A DNA stretch of 63,499 bases, the filler included, from an uncultured bacterium (lineage in GTDB: Bacteria; CAZSTA01), in the NCBI GenBank assembly GCA_964609495.1. It is 5 parts of 5 records of this genome, joined end to end, with 100 filler letters (N's around TTAATTAATTAA, not from the genome) between each part and the next. Parts side by side here need not be neighbours in the genome. Positions count along the whole stretch, not along the records: positions 1 to 12,940 come from CAZSTA010000099.1; 4 more parts are not named here. The stretch is one strand, 5' to 3'. Positions 1-8,883 of this stretch are shown piece by piece. The translations under genes were made by a program, and so were the position numbers. How positions within the stretch are numbered: the first letter of the stretch is position 1; each line of letters begins with the position of its first letter. The notes below the pieces were generated by a model. The model searched no databases, was not told the DNA's origin, and saw only the letters and a list, made by a program, of their open reading frames with translations.

Positions 1-1
1 C

Positions 2-766
2 TCTCTTCACCAGTTGGGGATTATAAGGCATCGGCAGGGAAACTATGCGTCTGCGAAGAAGCTCTATGAGGAGAGCTTGCGGATAGCAAAGCAGTTAGAG
101 GATAAGAGCGGTATTGCTTACTCCCTTGGTCAGTTGGGGAATATCCAATATGATCAGGGGAACTACGAGGAGGCGGAGAAGCTCTATAAGGAGAGCTTGC
201 GGATAGCAAAGCAGTTATGGGATAAGAGCAGTATTGCTCTCTCCCTTCACAATTTGGGAAGGTTACATCGAGAGAAGGGAGGATATAAACAAGCTTTGGA
301 GAAATATTTACAAGCAGGAGCTATATTCCACGAATTGCATTCGCCTTATGAGAATTTAGTATTACGACGGATAAATGAGATTAGGAAGGAAGTAGGAGAC
401 GAGCAATTTAGCAGATGGGTAGAGGGGTTATTAGCAGACTTGGAGATCAGTTCGGAGGAGACAACAGAGACGGAAGAAGAGAGCGATGAGAAGTTTATGT
501 ATGATCTTACAAGGGCAATATTAAAGATTATAGTTCAGGGAGAAGAAGAGGATAAAGCACAGTTGGATAAACAGTTAGGGGAGTTTGAGAAGCAGATACC
601 ACCAGAGATAGGTGGTGGGTTAAGACGGTATATAGCGGTGTTGCGGGGGATGCTGAGAGGAGAGGATGTATCGGAGATAGCGGATGGCTTGGTGGAGCCG
701 TTTAAGGGAATATATGAGCAGGTGAGGAACTCTCTCTCCTCTGAGAAGAAAGGGGAGAGAAACTAA
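2..766 (+). CDS. TPR-repeat protein, 5'-partial (runs off window start)
   Basis: 40-aa TPR repeats (GNYEEAEKLYKESLRIAKQL.DKS.IA.SL..LG) visible as 120-bp DNA repeats; frame open from position 2; acidic linker and helical C-terminal domain. Confidence 0.8.
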   Translation, partial: SLHQLGIIRHRQGNYASAKKLYEESLRIAKQLEDKSGIAYSLGQLGNIQYDQGNYEEAEKLYKESLRIAKQLWDKSSIALSLHNLGRLHREKGGYKQALEKYLQAGAIFHELHSPYENLVLRRINEIRKEVGDEQFSRWVEGLLADLEISSEETTETEEESDEKFMYDLTRAILKIIVQGEEEDKAQLDKQLGEFEKQIPPEIGGGLRRYIAVLRGMLRGEDVSEIADGLVEPFKGIYEQVRNSLSSEKKGERN

Positions 767-830
767 GGAGATAAACTCTATCTCAATGTCCCCTCTCCCC
801 TCGTGGGAGAGGGCTAGGGTGAGGGGGAAA
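730..830 (+). repeat. Interspersed BoxC/triplex-like repeat, copy 1 (overlaps TPR stop codon)
   Basis: TATCTCAATGTCCCCTCTCCCCTCGTGGGAGAGGGCTAGGGTGAGGGG shared with copies at 21586, 38709, 48501, 51460. Confidence 0.8.
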
Positions 831-849
831 TAATACGGAACTATAGAAT

Positions 850-1317
850 ATGGACGAGAAAATAAAGGGCATAATCGACAATCTAAAAGAGAAATTACCT
901 TCCATCCTCGAGGAGCGACCAGTTATCCTAGCCTACCTCTACGGCTCGACCGCGGTGGGCAATCCCACTCCTCTGAGCGATGTGGATATCGCTCTGGTTA
1001 CGAAAGAGAAGATCTCTCCCCTCGAGAGGTTCGATCTGGAGATGTCCCTCGAGTGCGAGTTGATCGATAAGCTTGGCATCTCCAATCCTGACGTGAGGAT
1101 AGTAAACGATACTCCGATCATCTTCCGCGGGAGAGTTGTTACCGAAGGAATCCTACTCTACTCCAGAGATGAGGATAAACGGGTGGACTTCGAGGTCGCC
1201 ACCCGAATGAGATACTTCGACTTCAAACCCGTGTATGATCGGATGATGGATGAGTTTATGAAGAGATTAAAGGAAGAGGGGTTATTCTTTGGCAAACGTA
1301 GAGAAACTGAAAGATAG
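850..1317 (+). CDS. mntA: Minimal nucleotidyltransferase antitoxin (MntA-like, type VII TA)
   Basis: GS-x10-DxD motif (GSTAVGNPTPLSDVD); overlaps downstream HEPN gene. Confidence 0.85.
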   Translation: MDEKIKGIIDNLKEKLPSILEERPVILAYLYGSTAVGNPTPLSDVDIALVTKEKISPLERFDLEMSLECELIDKLGISNPDVRIVNDTPIIFRGRVVTEGILLYSRDEDKRVDFEVATRMRYFDFKPVYDRMMDEFMKRLKEEGLFFGKRRETER

Positions 1318-1719
1318 CTTTGATAATCTCAAGGAATACACAGATAAGTTAAGGATATTGGCTAGATATCCTCAGGATGAATTCTTGGGCGATTTCACTA
1401 AGGTAAATAGCGCTAAATATCTCTTGCAAATATCTATCGAATTCTGTATAAATATAAGCAATCAGATCATATCATCTGAAGGATTTCGCAAACCTAGAGA
1501 TTATTATGATGCGTTTAAGGTTCTAAATGAGAAGGGCATCTTTCCCAACGATTTTATGGATACTTTGGGGAATATGGTTAGATTTCGCAATCGTTTGGTT
1601 CATCTCTATAATAAAATAGATGATGAGATGATATTGAGATCGTTCAATTTCGCCTAGTAGATTTCGATCTCTTCAAGTCTTATATATTCGATTTTCTGAA
1701 GAAGGAAGGCGATATTTGA
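1289..1719 (+). pseudogene. hepT: HepT-like HEPN/DUF86 ribonuclease toxin, frameshifted near 1635
   Basis: R-x4-H motif (RNRLVH) followed by LY; ORF ends at 1657 but the expected tail (EIVQFRLVDFDLFKSYIFDFLKKEGDI*) continues in another frame to TGA 1717-1719. Confidence 0.75.
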
Positions 1720-1988
1720 AGAGGAAGGAGCGATTATTAGTGAATGGAGAAGAAGAGAAAAAAGAGAGGCATATCGCTATCAAATGCTGGAATTGTAAAA
1801 AGAAGTTCACTGTATCCGTGAAACCAACTGATGAGGAGAATGCACCCCAAACATTGCTCCTTACTTGTCCTTTCTGCGGTAAGGAGAATGAGATAAAAGC
1901 CAAGGGTTTTATAACGGACTCTATAAGAATCTATCGAGTTATTGGGGAGTATGAGGGTATAGAACCAAGTCAGTTAGAGGAGGAATAG
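1716..1988 (+). CDS. Small zinc-ribbon protein
   Basis: Two CxxC pairs (CWNC, CPFC); TTG start overlaps the restored HEPN stop. Confidence 0.6.
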   Translation: MKRKERLLVNGEEEKKERHIAIKCWNCKKKFTVSVKPTDEENAPQTLLLTCPFCGKENEIKAKGFITDSIRIYRVIGEYEGIEPSQLEEE

Positions 1989-1994
1989 AGTGAT

Positions 1995-2462
1995 ATGGAA
2001 GAAGGGAATGAGGAAGACGAGGTAATAGAGGGCATACCCCCTAAGGAGGAGGATGTCTTTTGGAAGAGAGCTATGCGGGAGATGGCGAAGAGGTCCATCG
2101 ATTCCATAGATAGCTCCGCTAAGAATCTAGTGGTAGCGATAACGGTATTAGTAGGTTTATACTTTAACGCTCTCCCCTTCGATGATCTCAAGGAGAAGTT
2201 CTTCACCTCCTCCTTCGATCTAGCAATAGCCTCTATTATTGTTCTTCCGATAGCTCTGTGGCTCATCTCCCTCCTCTGCGCTATCTTTGTGCTGTTCACT
2301 AAGAGCTATGAGGTAAATGTGGATGTCCTCGGAGAACCCAAGAGGGTCTTCTATGATATAGCCAAGCGGAAATACCGCTGGTTGAAGGCAGGACTGATCT
2401 TACTGATAATAAGCTTTCTGCTGATCATAATGAATATCTATATCTATCTTAGGGTAATCTGA
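1995..2462 (+). CDS. Small 3-TM membrane protein, resembles Pycsar PycTM-type effector
   Basis: D..AK.L before TM1, second TM, then IAKRKYRWLKAG before the last TM. Confidence 0.5.
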   Translation: MEEGNEEDEVIEGIPPKEEDVFWKRAMREMAKRSIDSIDSSAKNLVVAITVLVGLYFNALPFDDLKEKFFTSSFDLAIASIIVLPIALWLISLLCAIFVLFTKSYEVNVDVLGEPKRVFYDIAKRKYRWLKAGLILLIISFLLIIMNIYIYLRVI

Positions 2463-2545
2463 CGAAGACATACGAGTATGATGCGGCTAAGAAGCCCGAT
2501 AGAGCGTTCGCTAGAAAATATAAATTTAGGAGGAGGTGAAAAGGA

Positions 2546-3118
2546 ATGAAAAGGCACAGTCTATTTATCAAGGTAGCTGTAACGGGATCTTTATTGTTGC
2601 TTCTACTCGTTAGTGTCAAGGCGGTTGCCTCAGAGGAGAAACGAGTTATAACTGGGGAGGCCGACGGATTGACCCTCAATTACAGCCAAGAACTTTATTG
2701 GGATGAAACGCAGTTCAATCGTAAATATGATGAATATTCCGCAGATGAGGCCAAGTATCTGGAAGATTTTGTGGAAAGCTTCACAACCAAATTTTTGAGC
2801 TCTGATCTTGAGGCTACCGACTGGGCTATCTCCTTCAGATCAGGATATGAGCTCAAAACTGGTAAAGCCACCTATTCTACCCTGTTTAAGTGCAAAATTC
2901 ACGGAGCAGCCAGTGGAACAGCAGAGGACCCCTATTATAGGACTGAATGGTTACTGATACCAATTTTAGGAAGAACTATCGATCTATATGCTTTCAAATA
3001 CATAACGGATAGAACGCTTGCCTATGAAGGAGAAATTGACCATATATCGACAACGATCACCTTTAGATTTCTAGAGCCTATAAATCATTGTCACTACCAT
3101 ATTTGGTATAAGCATTGA
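2546..3118 (+). CDS. Secreted hypothetical protein
   Basis: Strong SD GGAGGTG, signal peptide, C-terminal HCHYH motif. Confidence 0.7.
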   Translation: MKRHSLFIKVAVTGSLLLLLLVSVKAVASEEKRVITGEADGLTLNYSQELYWDETQFNRKYDEYSADEAKYLEDFVESFTTKFLSSDLEATDWAISFRSGYELKTGKATYSTLFKCKIHGAASGTAEDPYYRTEWLLIPILGRTIDLYAFKYITDRTLAYEGEIDHISTTITFRFLEPINHCHYHIWYKH

Positions 3119-3212
3119 AGGTTAGAGCAACGTAAGGGTCTATATAAGGAGCAGGAAGTTGAGGTTTTCTGTCGAACGATCATTTAGGTATTTCAAGCTA
3201 CCAGATCGTTAC

Positions 3213-3248
3213 AGGCGTCGAGTCCTCTTGACCCGACGCCTATTTTTT
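3213..3248 (+). terminator. Intrinsic terminator between convergent genes
   Basis: AGGCGTCG...CGACGCCT stem followed by ATTTTTT. Confidence 0.6.
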
Positions 3249-3273
3249 ATCGAGGGGTATAGAGATTATATTT

Positions 3274-4440
3274 CTAAATCTCCGATACTGCGTACTTCCG
3301 CTTCCCTCTCATAAGATAGGAGAATATCCCAAACATACCAGCTAGCAATATGGACATAGCTCCGATCCCTATCCTCATATTGAAATCCTCGGCTACTAAT
3401 CCCACTAGGTAGGGGAAGAGCATCCCTCCTATCCCTCCACTAGCGAAGCATATTCCGAACACCGTTCCTGAATAGCGAGGGAAGATTGAACCAACATAAG
3501 CCAGGATCGTGGGAAAAGCGCCGGAGAAGAATAATCCAACTAAAGCAAAGGATATAAGAGTAAATACATAGTTAGAGGTAAGAATAGAGGCTATTATGGA
3601 GAGGAAACCTCCGGCGGATATGATGAGCAGGAGTCGTCCCAAGGGCATAATCTCCGATAGATAACCACAGGAGAAGCGACCGATCGTCATCATCACCCAG
3701 AAGAGGGAAAGCGAGAAACCAGCCAGAACTGGATTAGCTCCTAATCCCTGGAGATAAGTGGACATCCAACCAGTTATCGCTATCTCCGCTCCTACATAGA
3801 AAGCCATACTGAAGTTGATGAGGATGAATATCCCCTGGCTGAGTAGGTTGCGCGCCGCTGGCAAATTGATCTTATCCTCCTGTCTGATGCTGGGGATCTT
3901 CTCTCTGGTGAAACCCAGAAAGATCAGGAAACCAAGCCCCGAGGCGATATAGTAGGTAATATGCCAATTGGCATATCTCGATATCATATATCCTGCTAGT
4001 AAAGGAACAAGGACCGCTCCTATACCGAAGGCGACCTGCGACATATTGAGGAAGAATCCCTTCCGATCGCTATTTATATCCGCGACTAGAGCGCTAGCCA
4101 AAATCTCTACCGACCCACCTCCCAATCCCATTATGAATACGAAGAGGAGAGCCAAACTGAAATTTGGAGAGAGACCGAAGGCTAGAAGGCCGGAGGAGAG
4201 GAGAAGTAAGCCTCCTCCAAATATGATTCTCTTGCCGAAGATATCAGCTCCGATTCCTCCTAGTATCACCGAGACGATGAAACCAGTGAACTCGAGGGTG
4301 AAGATAAGCCCTCGCCTAGCCAGACCGAGGTTGAAGGTCTCAGCTATAGCTGAGAGGGAGGGTCCTAAGGAGAAGAGGGAGAACGCGTATAACCCCAAGG
4401 ATGCGAAGAGAATAAAGGTTAGTGTCTTTTTATTTGTCAC
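3274..4440 (-). CDS. MFS transporter (TsgA/FucP-like)
   Basis: About 12 TMs, motif-A GIGADIFGKR, YVGAE motif. Confidence 0.85.
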   Translation of the reverse strand: MTNKKTLTFILFASLGLYAFSLFSLGPSLSAIAETFNLGLARRGLIFTLEFTGFIVSVILGGIGADIFGKRIIFGGGLLLLSSGLLAFGLSPNFSLALLFVFIMGLGGGSVEILASALVADINSDRKGFFLNMSQVAFGIGAVLVPLLAGYMISRYANWHITYYIASGLGFLIFLGFTREKIPSIRQEDKINLPAARNLLSQGIFILINFSMAFYVGAEIAITGWMSTYLQGLGANPVLAGFSLSLFWVMMTIGRFSCGYLSEIMPLGRLLLIISAGGFLSIIASILTSNYVFTLISFALVGLFFSGAFPTILAYVGSIFPRYSGTVFGICFASGGIGGMLFPYLVGLVAEDFNMRIGIGAMSILLAGMFGIFSYLMRGKRKYAVSEI

Positions 4441-4451
4441 AAGTCATCTCC

Positions 4452-5474
4452 TTAAAATTTATTTTGAATTTTAACTGGCTGACCAGTGCGCACCGATTCT
4501 AATCCAGCAGTGAGAGCCGCGATCGTCTTAGCTCCCTCCTCCACATTCACTAGAGGAGTCTCATCCTTCTCGATACAATCTATGAAATGGGCTATCTCCT
4601 TTCGGAAGGGATGTCCTCTCGTCTCTACAAGTGGCACGATAGTAAAACCGCTTTGGCCCTCAATTCCTTCATTTATATAGACTTTGCATTCCATCTCCTC
4701 AATATTGCTCATCACTGTTCCCTCTGAGCCATACACATTAAGATTAACGATATGCTCTGGAACTCTTCTAATCCCTGCGGTAACCCAGATCTTACCTAGA
4801 CAACCGCTCTCGAACTTATATAGACAGAGGTAGTTATCAGTTAGAGGGAACTCAGGGATCGACTTTTTATTGGCATAAGCGAAGACTTCCTCAACCTCCC
4901 CTACGACCCAACGAGCGAGATCGAGGGGATGAACTGCTCCTCCTAACAAGATATCCTGGGGATTTTGGGGATCGATTCTCCAAGGAGTATTTTTATAGAC
5001 GCTCCTCATATCGTGGATATAATCCCCTTCTACGCAGAAGAGATCTCCTAATTTTCCTTCTTGGCATAATTTCTTAACGAAGCGGAACTGGGGAACGTAG
5101 CGGTTGACATTGCCTACTTGGAATTTCAATCCTGTCTCTCGAACTTTTTCGACTAATTTGATAGCATCCTCTAAAGTAATGCACATCGGCTTTTCACAGA
5201 GGATATGTTTTCCCCTATTCAAGGCGGATAGGCAATGTTCAGCATGAAGGTGATCAGGAGTGCAGATAGATACCACTTGGATATCATCTCTAGCTAGGAG
5301 CTTCTTATAATTCCTAGTGATAAAGGGGATGTCGAATTGTTCTCCGACTATTTTCAAGGCTTTCTCACTAACATCACAGATGCCTTTGACCTCGACCCCC
5401 TCTATATGATTATAAGCATCTATATGCGCTCTCCCAACGCCTAATCCTATTACTCCCGCCCCTATATTATCCAT
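4452..5474 (-). CDS. Gfo/Idh/MocA family oxidoreductase
   Basis: GVIGLGVG Rossmann motif, CEKP, HPLD. Confidence 0.9.
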   Translation of the reverse strand: MDNIGAGVIGLGVGRAHIDAYNHIEGVEVKGICDVSEKALKIVGEQFDIPFITRNYKKLLARDDIQVVSICTPDHLHAEHCLSALNRGKHILCEKPMCITLEDAIKLVEKVRETGLKFQVGNVNRYVPQFRFVKKLCQEGKLGDLFCVEGDYIHDMRSVYKNTPWRIDPQNPQDILLGGAVHPLDLARWVVGEVEEVFAYANKKSIPEFPLTDNYLCLYKFESGCLGKIWVTAGIRRVPEHIVNLNVYGSEGTVMSNIEEMECKVYINEGIEGQSGFTIVPLVETRGHPFRKEIAHFIDCIEKDETPLVNVEEGAKTIAALTAGLESVRTGQPVKIQNKF

Positions 5475-5475
5475 A

Positions 5476-7728
5476 TTAGCTCCTCTCTACCTCATAGAAT
5501 CGAACCTCGTATAACGCCCCATTATCCCCAATGAACTCTATCTCGCCATCTCTCTCCAATTCCCCCATGTTTAGGACTACCTCCTCCTTATCTTTATCGA
5601 ATATCTCTACTTTCCAAAGTCTATTTGATGATGAGCGGTAAGCTATGTTCATCTTAATTTTCTCGTTCTCCTCCACAGTATAACTGAGCTTCAGCTTCAG
5701 ATCTCGATATTTCAAGTTCTCTATGGCATAGGTCTTGCCAACTTGAAGTAGTTGCTCTGGCAAGCAGGGGGCGAGAATAAAGCATATCGAATCCATCTCT
5801 TGGGTCTCTCTAAAGCCGATGATGTTTCTCACTAACAAAACCATACCAGTTGCTCCCCAACCATATCCCTCAGAACCCCATTTATCCTGATAAGGCCAAT
5901 ATTCGCAGGAGATACCGGGTAAAGATTCCTCTCCTAGATAGATATTTCGATCCCACTTCCGATACACCCTATCCACCACTTTGTAGGTTATAGTGGAAGC
6001 TACATCTCGTTGTTTCGCCTGCCAAGTGCTCTCCAAAGCAACGAAGGAGAAGGTGGGCCATATAAAGGGTTCAGCTCTATCTATATTTTCGAAATATGAC
6101 GTTAATTCCTCGATTTGCTCATCGGTAGCTATCTGGCAGAATACCGGGGCTATTTGCATAGTATCCCTAAACGATGACCATACTCCATTTTCGCTGTCAT
6201 AATCTCTGAACCATCCATTTTGCCACATATTGAGCGTCTTATTCGTGAAATCCTCGGCTAGCGCTTTCCACTTCTCCTCATCGAAGCTCAAATCTAACTC
6301 GGAGGCGAAGAAGCTCATAATATTGGATGCCTGGGCGAAGCTAGCCTGAAGATCGACTGGGCGATATTGGGTTACTAAAACCCCGCCATCTACCTGGTAA
6401 CCAAAGCGCCTCGATTCATCTTGACCACTCTCCCAACTACAGAGGTAATACAACCAGCCCTCTTCATCGCTTCTATTCTTTAACCACCATTCAAGATAAG
6501 CGATAAGATAGGGATATATGTCTTCGAGCCATTTCTTATCGGGGAATCGGCAGTATATCGAGTGAATACAGTGAAAGGGGAATACCCATTCGGGTGCAGT
6601 GCCACATGCTTCGCCATTCTCAGCGATCATATTGTATGATCCATCCTCTCGGCTACAAGGGATATTGGGAGCAGGGGCATCCGCGAAAGTTCCTAGCAGG
6701 ACTTCCTTAGCGATCTCTTCATCTCCATAGCTCAATAACAGCATATCCAGAGCAGCTTCAGCCAAANNNNNNNNNNTCCCCACGGGTTTATGGACGCACA
6801 TCCGCAACGTTTCCATATCATATACCCAACCACGTCGCCAGTGATCGGGCCAATCCCCAGTTAGTCCAGCCGCGGTATTCCAGAAGCGATTATCATCAGC
6901 TAATCTGATCAGGTGAAGCTTGGTGAAGTTATCGAGAGTTTTATCAGTCTCTTCAAGAGCTTCCTCCTCGGTGTATCCTCTGCCCAGGGCAAATATCTGC
7001 TGGATGATATCTCCAGCACTTATATCCAATTCATACGTAACCATTCCAAAGAAGGGATATTCATCAGTCCGTCCCACTCCTGAAAAGGAGAAAAACCCCT
7101 TCTCGCCTATCTTGGCATATCCTTTGTCGAGCCATTCTCTGATCTTATCCTCGGAGATATCCATACCATAGGAGGACATCCTGCCACTGCTCTTCAGCGC
7201 AAAGGCGACTCCCTCAGAATATCCTTTGGTGATAAGAGCTTCTTTATCTTTATCGTATCTTCCCGTCAGTCCTTGTTCCCATAGACCGCTGAGTTTATTG
7301 TATTTTGAGTAACAGTGAATGGCAGAGAGAATAGCCTTAACTCTCTTAGTCCCCAGATTTTTAAGCTCTACCCAACAGGCGAGCGCATTTTCAAAAGCTA
7401 AGAAGAACTTATAGCTTACCTCAATATCTCGATAGGTGAAATCATAGCTCACTATGTTCTTGCTATGGTAACGAGAGACAAGATGAACATCCGCATAAGA
7501 AAAATCACTAGGCTCGTAAAAGCGGTTTCTACCCACCTTTATCGCCATATTGAGATAGGAGGAGTAGAAGTGAATCCAGCCGTAAGAACTAGGTAGGCCG
7601 GGATATAACCAGCCGAATCCACAGGAGGGGCGACTGCGGATCAATCCACTGCGATTTAGTTTCCAGCAATGATAGGGATTACCTATGTAGCCGTGAGGAG
7701 TGTAGTCATCAAGTGGGAAATCTGCCAT
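5476..7728 (-). CDS. (alpha/alpha)6 glycoside hydrolase, GH63/MGH1-like (spans 10-N gap at 6767-6776)
   Basis: WESGQDES motif, PVDLQA, C-terminal EY...GYGW. Confidence 0.6.
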   Translation of the reverse strand: MADFPLDDYTPHGYIGNPYHCWKLNRSGLIRSRPSCGFGWLYPGLPSSYGWIHFYSSYLNMAIKVGRNRFYEPSDFSYADVHLVSRYHSKNIVSYDFTYRDIEVSYKFFLAFENALACWVELKNLGTKRVKAILSAIHCYSKYNKLSGLWEQGLTGRYDKDKEALITKGYSEGVAFALKSSGRMSSYGMDISEDKIREWLDKGYAKIGEKGFFSFSGVGRTDEYPFFGMVTYELDISAGDIIQQIFALGRGYTEEEALEETDKTLDNFTKLHLIRLADDNRFWNTAAGLTGDWPDHWRRGWVYDMETLRMCVHKPVGXXXXLAEAALDMLLLSYGDEEIAKEVLLGTFADAPAPNIPCSREDGSYNMIAENGEACGTAPEWVFPFHCIHSIYCRFPDKKWLEDIYPYLIAYLEWWLKNRSDEEGWLYYLCSWESGQDESRRFGYQVDGGVLVTQYRPVDLQASFAQASNIMSFFASELDLSFDEEKWKALAEDFTNKTLNMWQNGWFRDYDSENGVWSSFRDTMQIAPVFCQIATDEQIEELTSYFENIDRAEPFIWPTFSFVALESTWQAKQRDVASTITYKVVDRVYRKWDRNIYLGEESLPGISCEYWPYQDKWGSEGYGWGATGMVLLVRNIIGFRETQEMDSICFILAPCLPEQLLQVGKTYAIENLKYRDLKLKLSYTVEENEKIKMNIAYRSSSNRLWKVEIFDKDKEEVVLNMGELERDGEIEFIGDNGALYEVRFYEVERS

Positions 7729-7814
7729 TATTTATAACCTCCTTGCCCTATAATTACGTCTATATAATTGTTGGTCGAATTAGATCCTTTGATTTAGTTA
7801 CTTAGATGACTCAG

Positions 7815-8861
7815 CTATTCTCTTCGACCATATTTATGACAAGCAGTGATATAAGTCTCTAAATTTTGTAGAGGGATATCATGCGTTATCCCTCCAGTGG
7901 CGTTGAAGAAGAATCCTGGACAGTGTCCGGCAATATCAACACATCTTTTTACCTCTGCTATTACCTCTTCCTCTGTTCCTATAGTCAATACTCTCGTGGA
8001 GATATTACCGATGATCACCTTGCTATCCCCGTAATTATCGGCTATGTATTTGAGATCTACTGTGGGTTCTAGTATGAAGCCATCAACTCCGGCTTCCGCT
8101 AGATCGTCAACAAGAGGGGTGAAGTTCCCATCGGAGCAGAATAGCACTTTTATCCCTTTATCTTTGAGAGGTCTCCAGATCTTGGGATACCAGGGAAAGA
8201 TATACTCCCTCAACCAATCTGGATTAAATAATGGTCCTTTACTCATAGCTAGATCATCATGGCTTATAAATACCCTCATATCATCATCGACTTGAGCCCA
8301 AGCTGTGATATCCCTTATGGATACCTCGGCAAAGCCTTCTAGCACCTTCGCGAATCTCTTCGGATCGCTAGCGGCCGCCAAAGCGAAAAGCTCTAAGCCA
8401 AAGATCATTATCGGCCACATAAATAGGGTGGTGTAATATCCTCCAGGGACTAACACATAGTTCCCATAGGCTTCCTTAACTCGACCATAGTCCTCAGCGA
8501 ACAACTGTTTCACTCGAGCGAAGCTCATCTTCTTCTGTTCCTTCAGGGGATCATAGCTTAATACTTCCTCTACTGTTTTGAAAGGAAAGCTCATTCGCCA
8601 GGTGCTCCCTTGCCATCCCCACTCCGTCTTTTCGTAGTGACTGACTTCCTTCTCCGTCTCAGGGATGATTCCTCCATAGGTATACCATATAAGGTCGAGA
8701 TCTATTTTGCGATAGGTCTCAGCTAAAGCCTTCTCCGGGGCTTCATAGGGATCTACCCCTGAGATCTTCTTGACATATTCGGTATGGAATATATACTCGA
8801 TCTGAGGAACGCGATCTGTCCTCTCCAGATTGATAGCCTTTAGGGCTCTCTCTTTGCTCAT
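7815..8861 (-). CDS. Uroporphyrinogen decarboxylase/MtaA-CmuA family protein
   Basis: MSKERALKAINLERTDRVP, HDDLA, CSDG, GNI, GFFFNATGG. Confidence 0.8.
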   Translation of the reverse strand: MSKERALKAINLERTDRVPQIEYIFHTEYVKKISGVDPYEAPEKALAETYRKIDLDLIWYTYGGIIPETEKEVSHYEKTEWGWQGSTWRMSFPFKTVEEVLSYDPLKEQKKMSFARVKQLFAEDYGRVKEAYGNYVLVPGGYYTTLFMWPIMIFGLELFALAAASDPKRFAKVLEGFAEVSIRDITAWAQVDDDMRVFISHDDLAMSKGPLFNPDWLREYIFPWYPKIWRPLKDKGIKVLFCSDGNFTPLVDDLAEAGVDGFILEPTVDLKYIADNYGDSKVIIGNISTRVLTIGTEEEVIAEVKRCVDIAGHCPGFFFNATGGITHDIPLQNLETYITACHKYGRRE

Positions 8862-8883
8862 TATTCCCTCACGTTCGATTAAA

